A stretch of 64,000 nt of DNA from NCBI GenBank assembly GCA_964016885.1, contig OZ024759.1, forward strand, positions 22,692,001 to 22,756,000, read 5' to 3'. The translations under genes were made by a program, and so were the position numbers. This DNA is from Eledone cirrhosa (Eukaryota). This document shows, in pieces, positions 55,347 through 64,000 of this stretch. A model generated the notes under the pieces. It was not told the origin of the DNA, did not search any database, and saw nothing but the letters and a program-made list of their open reading frames with translations. The number at the start of each line of letters is the position of its first letter. The stretch's first letter is position 1.

Positions 55347-57542
55347 ATGTGTTGTGTGGGCCGTGACGGGTGGTGGTTGTATTCCAACATGTGTTGCGTG
55401 GGCCGTGACAGGATTTGGTTGTATTCCAACATGTGTTGCGTGGGCCGTGACAGGATTTGGTTGTATTCCAACATGTGTTGTGTGGGCCGTGACAGGATTT
55501 GGTTGTATTCCAACATGTGTTGTGTGGGCCGTGACAGGATTTGGTTGTATTCCAACATGTGTTGTGTGGGCCGTGACAGGTGGTGGTTCTATTCCAACAT
55601 GTGTTGTGTGGGCCGTGACAGGTGGTGGTTGTATTCCAACATGTGTTGTGTGGGCCGCGACGGGATGTGGTTGTATTCCAACATGTGTTGTGTGGGCCGT
55701 GACAGGATGTGGTTGTATTCCAACATGTGTTGTGTGGGCCGTGACAGGTGGTGGTTGTATTCCAACATGTGTTGTGTGAGCTGTGACAGGTGGTGGTTGT
55801 ATTCCAACATGTGTTGTGTGGGCCGTGACAGGTGGTGGTTGTATTCCAACATGTGTTGTGTGGGCCGTGACAGGTGGTGGTTGTATTCCAACATGTGTTG
55901 TGTGGGCCGTGACAGGTGGTAGTTGTATTCCAACATGTGTTGTGTGGGCCGTGACGGGATGTGGTTGTATTCCAACATGTGTTTTGTGGGCCGTGACAGG
56001 TGGTGGTTGTATTCCAACATGTGTTGTGTGGGCCGTGATAGGTGGTGGTTGTATTCCAACATGTGTTTTGTGGGCCGTGACAGGTGGTGGTTGTATTCCA
56101 ACATGTGTTGTGTGGGCCGTGATAGGTGGTGGTTGTATTCCAACATGTGTTGTGTGGGCCGTGACGGGATGTGGTTGTATTCCAACATGTGTTGCGTGGG
56201 CCGTGACAGGTGGTGGTTGTATTCCAACATGTGTTGTGTGGGACGTTACGGGATGTTGTTGTATTCCAACATGTGTTGTGTGGGCCGTGACGGGATGTGG
56301 TTGTATTCCAACATGTGTTGTGTGGGCCGTGACAGGTGGTGGTTGTATTCCAACATGTGTTGTGTGGGCCGTGACAGGTGGTGGTTGTATTCCAACATGT
56401 GTTGTGTGGGCCGTGACAGGTGGTGGTTGTATTCCAACATGTGTTGTGTGGGACGTTACGGGATGTTGTTGTATTCCAACATGTGTTGTGTGGGCCGTGA
56501 CGGGATGTGGTTGTATTCCAACATGTGTTGTGTGGGCCGTGACGGGATGTGGTTGTATTCCAACATGTGTTGTGTGGGCCGTGACAGGTGGTGGTTGTAT
56601 TCCAACATGTGTTGTGTGGGCCGTGACAAGTGGTGGTTGTATTCCAACATGTGTTGTGTGGGCCGTGACAGGTGGTGGTTGTATTCCAACATGTGTTGCG
56701 TGGGCCGTGACAGGTGGTGGTTGTATTCCAACATGTGTTGTGTGGGCCGTGACAGGTGGTGATTGTATTCCGACATGTGTTGTGTGGGCCGTGACAGGTG
56801 GTGGTTGTATTCCAACATGTGTTGTGTGGGCCGTGACAGGTGGTGATTGTATTCCAACATGTGTTGTGTGGGCCGTGACGGGTGGTGGTTGTATTCCAAC
56901 ATGTGTTGTGTGGGCCGTGACAGGTGGTGATTGTATTCCAACATGTGTTGTGTGGGCCGTGACGGGTGGTGATTGTATTCCAACATGTGTTGTGTGGGCC
57001 GTGACAGGTGGTGGTTGTATTCCAACATGTGTTGTGTGAGCCGTGATAGGTGGTGGTTGTATTCCAACATGTGTTGTGTGGGCCGTGATAGGTGGTGGTT
57101 GTATTCCAACATGTGTTGTGTGGGCCGTGACGGGATGTGGTTGTATTCCAACATGTGTTGTGTGGGCCGTGACGGGATGTGGTTGTATTCCAACATGTGT
57201 TGTGTGGGCCGTGACGGGATGTGGTTGTATTCCAACATGTGTTGTGTGGGCCGTGACGGGATGTGGTTGTATTCCAACATGTGTTGTGTGGGCCGTGACG
57301 GGATGTTGTTGTATTCCAACATGTGTTGTGTGGGCCGTGACAGGTGGTGGTTGTATTCCAACATGTGTTATGTGGGCCGTGACAGGTGGTGGTTGTATTC
57401 CAACATGTGTTGTGTGGGCCGTGACAGGTGGTGATTGTATTCCAACATGTGTTGTGTGGGCCGTGACAGGTGGTGGTTGTATTCCAACATGTGTTGTGTG
57501 GGCCGTGACAGGTGGTGGTTGTATTCCAACATGTGTTGTGTG
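55347..57542. repeat. 42-bp minisatellite, about 52 copies
   Basis: ATGTGTTGTGTGGGCCGTGACAGGTGGTGGTTGTATTCCAAC. Confidence 0.97.
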
Positions 57543-57599
57543 GTCTGAGTTGTGTGGTGGTGTTGTTTATGTTACCTATTATATACCGTAGGCGTTACT

Positions 57600-58341
57600 G
57601 TCGGGTGGTGTGTGTGTTATTTGTCGGGAGAGGTGTGTTATATTTGTCGGGAGAGGTGTGTTATATTTGTCGGGTGGTGTGTGTGTTTTATTATCATCGG
57701 GTGGTGTGTGTGTTTTATTATCATCGGGTGCTGTATGTGTTTTATAGTCGGGTGCTGTGTGTGTGTTTTATTGTCGGGTGGTGTGTGTTTTATTATCGGG
57801 TGATGTGTGTTTTATTAACGGGTGGTATGTGTTTTATTATCGGGTGATGTGTGTTTTATTATCGGATGGTGTGTGTGTGTTTTATTATCGGGTGATGTGT
57901 GTTTTATTAACGGGTGGTGTGTGTTTTATTAACGGGTGGTGTGTGTTTTATTATCGGGTGATGTGTGTTTTATTAACGGGTGGTGTGTGTTTTATTATCG
58001 GGTGGTGTGTGTTTTATTATCGGGTGGTGTGTGTTTTATTAACGGGTGGTGTGTGTTTTATTATCGGGTGGTGTGTGTTTTATTATCGGGTGGTGTGTGT
58101 TTTATTAACGGGTGGTGTGTGTTTTATTAACGGGTGGTGTGTGTTTTATTATCGGGTGGTGTGCGTTTTATTATCCGGTGGTGTGCGTTTTATTATCGGG
58201 TGGTGTGTGTTTTATTATCGGGTGGTGTGCGTTTTATTATCCGGTGGTGTGCGTTTTATTATCGGGTGGTGTGTGTTTTATTATCGGGTGGTGTGTGTTT
58301 TATTATCGGGTGGTGTGTGTTTTATTATCGGGTGGTGTGTG
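57600..58341. repeat. ~20-22-bp minisatellite CGGGTGGTGTGTGTTTTATTAT
   Basis: Read directly from the sequence. Confidence 0.95.
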
Positions 58342-58499
58342 CTATAATGCAAGCTGGTGAGTGTGTTACATTGTCACGTTGTGTTTGTGTGTATTATATT
58401 GTCAGGTGGCGTGTGTGTTATATTGTCAGTTCGTGTGTGTGTGTGTCTGTGTTATATTGTCAGGTGGTGTGTGTGTGTGTGTGTGTATGTTATATCACG

Positions 58500-59100
58500 T
58501 GTATATCAAGATGGTGCCCCGACCACAAAGACAAAAGTTAAGATCTCATAACATGATGTGTTATGTATTTTAGTGCGAGCTAGAGATTGTTCAGAGTATA
58601 TGATCTGTGGGCCATGAGTTGTGTTTTGTCGGCTGGTGGTTGTGATTTCTATTATGTGTTGTCACTGTATGTTAAGATGGTGTCCCTACGACACAATCAA
58701 CAGTTAAGATCCCATGACATGAAATTCTGTGTAGAGTATGTGCTCTGTGTAGAGTATGTCCCATAACATGGCATTATGTAATTGTTACGTGTTTCAGTGT
58801 TAGTGTAGTGATGGGGTAGAGTATGTGCTCTCTGGGTCGTTATATGTTATCATTGTATAGCAAGATGGTGCCCCTACGACACAACCAACAGTTAAGGTAC
58901 CATGACATGAAATTCTGTGTAGAGTATGTCCCATAACATGGCATTATATAATTGTTACGTGTTTCAGTGTTAGTGTAGTGATGGGGTAGAGTATGTGCTC
59001 TGTGGGTCGTTATATGTTATCATTGTATATCAAGATGGTGCCCCTACGACACAATCAGCAGTTAAGATCCTATGACATGACATTATGTAATTGCCATGTG
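58500..59100. repeat. Imperfect ~170-190-bp tandem repeat
   Basis: AAGATGGTG.CCC..CGAC.. at ~58508, 58674, 58862 and 59032. Confidence 0.8.
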
Positions 59101-59314
59101 TTGTATGTAGTCTTAGATAGTGCTGAATTTGTGGGGTTCTTTTGATAGATTTTCAGAGGAATGAGGGAACTATTGCTGGATTTCTGGGGTCTTTTTGTGG
59201 GTTTTCAGATAAGAGAGAGGACACTATTGCTGAAATTTGTGGAGGGCTTTGATTGGTTCTCAGGTAAGAGAAGGCAATGTTGCCGGACTTGAGAAGTTGT
59301 GATTATGTAGACTA

Positions 59315-60330
59315 TGTTGTGTGAGTTGTGATGTGTGGGTTGTGTGAGTTGTGATGTGTAGCTTCTGTGAAGTTGTGATGTGGGGGTTGTGTTGTGTGAC
59401 TTGTGTGAGTTGTGATGTATAGGTTGTGTTGTGTGGCTTGAGTGAAGTTGTGATGTGGGGGTTGTGTTGTGTGACTTGTGTGAGTTGTGATGTGTAGGTT
59501 GTGTTGTGCGGCTTGAGTGAAGTTGTGATGTGTAGGTTGTGTTGTGTGGCTTGAGTGAAGTTGTGATGTGGGGGTTTGTGTTGTGTGGCTTGTGTGAAGT
59601 TGTGATGTGGGGGTTGTGTTGTGTGGCTTGTGTGAAGTTGTGATGTGGGGGTTGTGTTGTGTGACTTGTGTGAGTTGTGATGTGTAGGTTGTGTTGTGTG
59701 GCTTGAGTGAAGTTGTGATGTGGGGTTATGTTGTGTGGCTTGAGTGAAGTTGTGATGTGGGGTTATGTTGTGTGGCTTGTGTAAAGTTGTGATGTGGGGG
59801 TTGTGTTGTGTAGCTTGTGTGAAGAGTTGATGTGGGGGTTGTGTTGTGTAGCTTGTGTGAAGTTGTGATGTGAGGGTTGTGTTGTGTGGCTTGTGTGAGT
59901 TGTGATGTTTAGTTTGTGTTGTGTGGCTTGAGTGATGTTGTGATGTGGGGGTTGTGTTGTGTGGCTTGTGTGAAGTTGTGATGTGGTGCTGTGTTGTGTG
60001 ATTTGTGTGAGTTGTGATGTGTAGGTTGTGTTGTGTGGCTTGTGTGAAGTTGTGATGTGGGGGTTGTGTTGTGTGGCTTGAGTGAAGTTGTGATGTTTAG
60101 GTTGTGTTGTGTGGCTTGTGTGAGTTGTGATGTGTAAGTTGTGTTGTGTGGCTTGTGTGAGTTGTGATGTGTAAGTTGTGTTGTGTGGCTTGTGTGAGTT
60201 GTGATGTGTAGGTTGTGCTGTGTGGCTTGTGTGAGTTGCGATGTGTGGGTTATGTGAAGTTGTATTGTGTAAGTTGTGATACGTGGATTGTGATGTGTGG
60301 GTTGTGTAGTGTATGTTGTGTGAGTTGTGT
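59315..60330. repeat. ~37-39-bp TG-rich minisatellite
   Basis: GAAGTTGTGATGTGGGGGTTGTGTTGTGTGGCTTGTGT variants. Confidence 0.9.
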
Positions 60331-60418
60331 GTTTTAGTCCCACATGTTGATTTAATTGACTTTCCACTCGCTCAAAATTGTTGGCCTTGTGCCTAAATAA
60401 CAAATCATTATCAAAGGC

Positions 60419-60453
<35 letters not shown>

Positions 60454-60746
60454 TAAAAGGAATTCCAACTTTGTCTGATTTACTCGTTTTATTTACAATC
60501 CTTTAAAATTATAATGATTTTATAATGAAGTAGTATGGTAGAATATTAAATGTTAAGTGTTAATTGAACAAGTACTTTCATGCTTTCGCAATCTTCAGGT
60601 TCATATTCTGTGGTGACAGTCAAGTTTGCAATTTTCAACTGTTGAAAATTGCAATCATACACACCCGTGTATATATATATATATACAAATACTTAGGTTA
60701 ATAGGAGTTAGGTATTGTATACCCGTGTCCCATTAAGGTATTGGCA

Positions 60747-60791
60747 GCTCTGACGAATCCTACAGTTAAGTAAGGAAGAAACATTGTAAGC
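60747..60791 (+). ncRNA. Minimal type I hammerhead inside a ~150-bp TA-flanked element (60690-60837)
   Basis: GCT-CTGACGA-ATCCTAC..GTAAGGAA-GAAA-CATTG-TA^-AGC, then AATAAA. Confidence 0.7.
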
Positions 60792-60937
60792 CAATAAAAA
60801 TCTTTTGATGTTGTAGACGCTCTTGTGTTCTTTATCATATATATATATATACATCTATATATATATATATATATATACATCGAGATCGACCATAAAGGCA
60901 TAAAGATATATATACACACACACATATATATATATAC

Positions 60938-61008
<71 letters not shown>

Positions 61009-61074
61009 CACAAATATGTGAATGTGCGTGTGTGTATATATATATATACACACGCACGTTCACATATTTGTGTG

Positions 61075-61105
<31 letters not shown>

Positions 61106-61128
61106 ATATTCACGTTCACATATTTGTG

Positions 61129-61164
<36 letters not shown>

Positions 61165-61455
61165 CATATTCACACAAATATGTGAACATTCGTGTGTGTA
61201 TATATAAGCTATCATTTACCATTCCTATAGTAAACATAAACACAAACGCCGAGCTGTATCCTTAGTATGTGTGAACGATGAAATCAATATTGACTTCACA
61301 GTTTCGGTGGAGCAGTGTAGGTGAGAGGTTAAACTGGTGCAGATTCGATGATGAATCGCTGTAAATGTAATGGCGTCAATCTGCACTGCAGAAGATGGAG
61401 GTAAAGTAATGGTGCCTGCAATTGGGAGTTAGAATTAACGGTGGTAAATAATAAT

Positions 61456-62825
61456 TGCTTCTACTATTGGCACAAGGCCAGCAATTATCTCAGTGTATTA
61501 CTGGTACTTTATTTTATCGACCCCGTGAGGATGAAAGGCAAAGTTAACCTCGGCGGGATTTGAACTCAGACCCTAAAGGGCCGTAACTCTATGCGTCAAA
61601 GCATGGCGACCGATACTGCCAATCCACCGTATGGGCACAAGGCCAGTAATTTGCGGCGAGGGGAAAGTCGATTAAATCGACCCCAGTACGTCGTTACTGG
61701 TACTTTATTTTATCGAACCCTTATGGATGAAAGGCAAAGTTAATCTCGGCGGGATTTGAACTCGGAACGTTAAGGGCCGTAACTCTATGCTGCAAAGCAT
61801 GGTGTCCGACTCTCTATCGATACTGCCAATTCACCGCACTTACGGTGGTAAATAATAATGGTTTATGATTTAGGCACAAGGCCAGCAATATTAACACCAG
61901 TACTTAACTGGTACGTTATTTTACCGACCCCCTCCTTTCCCCGAAGCCGGAACAAATACTCAAAAGCTTGTTGTCCGATGCTCTACCGATTTTGCAAATC
62001 CACCACGTACACAACTTACGTATGATGGTTTCTGGTTTAGACACAAGCTCAGCAATATTTTAGGAGGAGGGGGAAAGTCGATTAAATCGACCCCAGTGCG
62101 TTACTGGTACTTTATTTTATCGACCTCGTAAGGATGAAAGGCAAAGCTAACTTCGGCGGGATTTGAACACAGACCGTAAAGGGGCGTAACTCTATGCTGG
62201 AAAACATGGCGTCTGATGCCCCACCGATACTGCAGGTGGTGAATGATAATGGCTTCAAATTTAGGCACACGTCCAACAATATCGACCCCAGCATTTCACT
62301 GGTGGTTTGTGTTATCGATTCCTGAAGGATGAAAGGCAAAGTTAACCTCGGCGGGATATGAACTCATACCGTAAAGGGACGTAGCTCTATGATGCCAATA
62401 TCGACCACAGAATTTCACTGGTGGTTTATTTTATCGATTCCTGAAGGATGAAAGGCGAAGTTGACGTCGGCCGGATCCGATCTGAGCTCAGAACATAAAG
62501 AACCGGAACAGAGTGTAAAGCATGTAGTCCGACGCTCTACTGACTCTGCCAATCCACTTACATATAATGGTTTCTGATTTTGACATAAGGTCAACAATTT
62601 GGGGAGCGGGGAAAGTCGATGAAATCGATCCTAGTATGTTACTGGTACTTTGTTTTATCGACCCAATAAGGATGAACGGCAAAACGAACTGCAGTGGGAT
62701 TTAAACTCAGAACGTAAAGAGCCGTAGCTCTATGCTACAAAGCAGGATGTCCAGCGCTTTACTGATACTGTCAATCCACCACCCTGCAATAATTGTTTCT
62801 TATTTAGGCCAAAGGCCAGCAATAT
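61456..62825 (-). mobile_element. Array of about 7 head-to-tail dominant SINE copies
   Basis: Repeated TACTGGTACTTTATTTTATCGACCCC..AAGGATGAAAGGCAAAG. Confidence 0.85.
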
Positions 62826-62829
62826 GGTG

Positions 62830-63502
62830 AAGGGTGGCGTGGATTAGTGGATTACAAAATTGACACGATCGGTTCAAGATTGTGCTTTTGACTCACGGTT
62901 CAAGCGATGCATTGTGTCACTGAACAAGACATTTTATTTCATGTCACTCCAACCCACTCAGCTGGCAAAAATGAGTTGCACCTGTAATTCAGCGGACACG
63001 GCCTTGTCACACACTATGCCCCACTGAATCTCCCTGACAACTACGTTAAGGGTACACGTGCTAGTGGATTGTTCAGACACATGCACGTTAGTTTTCACGA
63101 GCAGATCGTTATTTCGATTCCCGGCAGTGCGTTGAGTCGTTAAGCAAGACACTTTATTTCACGTTGCTCCAGTAGACTTAGCTGGCAAAAAAATTAGTTG
63201 TACTCTTAATTTAAACGGCCAACCTCTTTACACAGTGTCGTAAGTTGGATTGTAGAATGCTCAGCCACTTGCACGTTAAGTTCAGTAGCAGGCTCATCTA
63301 TTGATCGAACAACTGAAACACTCATCGTCAGAAAAACAGACACATATTTTACAGGGAATGGAAAAAGTTTTTAGTTGATTAAATGGCCCCAGTACATCAA
63401 TGGTGAATGAGCGTGGCCTAGTGGTAATGTCGTGGGTTCGATTCCTGGACTGGGGGTATGTTGCGTTCTTGAGCAAAATACTTTATTTCACGTTGCCCCA
63501 GT
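62830..63502 (+). mobile_element. CORE-like SINE copies and fragments
   Basis: GTGGCCTAGTGGT..GGTTCGATTCCTGGAC..TTGAGCAAAATACTTTATTTCACGTTGC; CACTCAGCTGGCAAAAATGAG. Confidence 0.7.
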
Positions 63503-63504
63503 AT

Positions 63505-64000
63505 AATATAATAATAATGAAATTATTGTGTACAGTGCTCAGGTGCACTACAACTCACCAAAGGAGCATGTATAGTACATAGAATAATGTACAAATGTCA
63601 GGAAAATGAACAATGTTCGAGTCATGAAATACATGTGCGCGTGTGTATCGAGGGCGGGGGGACATCAGGTGTAGTGTTGGCGAATCTCAGGAAGCATGGA
63701 GGTTTTAAAGGATGCAGTGTCTCGACAGCTTACAACTGATGCAGGTAGTTTGTTCCATGGAGGTTTTAAAGGATGCAGTGTCTCGACAGCTAACAACTGA
63801 TGCAGGTAGTTTGTTCCATGGAGGTTTTTGATGCAGGTAGTTTGTTCCATGGAGGTTTTAAAGGATGCAGTGTCTCGACAGCTAACAACTGATGCAGGTA
63901 TTTTGTTCCATGGAGGTTTTAAGGGATGCAGTGTCTCGACAGCTAACAACTGATGCAGGTAGTTTGTTCCGTGGAGGTTTTAAGGGATGCAGTGTCTCGA
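63505..64000 (-). mobile_element. CR1/L2-type LINE 3' end whose last coding 62 bp are tandemly amplified
   Basis: Minus strand WNKLPASVVSCRDTASFKTSMLPEIRQHYT*, then a 3'UTR and (TTA) tail; 62-bp unit repeated over 63695-64000. Confidence 0.7.

Noticed and set aside
55119-57591. Cys/Trp-rich or His-rich 14-aa repeat proteins; CRISPR-like appearance
   Set aside because: The 42-bp unit is a multiple of 3 and open in several frames, with scattered stops and no unique spacers.

Overview
AT-rich, microsatellite-saturated animal DNA. The SINE/LINE families look like those of octopod cephalopods, which is an inference from recall and was not searched. The only credible protein-coding gene is a single-ORF D1-like dopamine receptor (Dop1R1-type class A GPCR, 50286-51515 +). 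Nearly every other ORF in the track is a microsatellite or minisatellite artefact. The rest is repeat: tRNA-derived SINEs, RTE/CR1/R4-type LINE fragments, a non-autonomous Helitron, piggyBac/hAT/mariner-like MITEs and many minisatellites. The most interesting signal is non-coding. About 15 type I hammerhead ribozyme (HHR) motifs, some intact and some decayed, belong to several distinct short elements that mostly end in (TA)n tracts. Many share one layout: (TA)n - long arm - pivot at or near a hammerhead helix - short inverted arm - (TA)n. One nine-copy family folds back at hammerhead stem II and keeps only the GAAA/stem III/GUC half of the core, twice in the complete copies. Also present are a 483-nt retrozyme-like direct repeat, two copies with a shared CCGAUGA core variant, and a decayed Penelope-type GIY-YIG endonuclease. 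Together these point to a (TA)n-targeting, hammerhead-carrying Penelope-like (PLE) mini-retroelement system. HHRs in PLE pseudo-LTRs are established knowledge; the fold-back geometry is what deserves testing. All folds and alignments were done by eye, so repeat boundaries are approximate.
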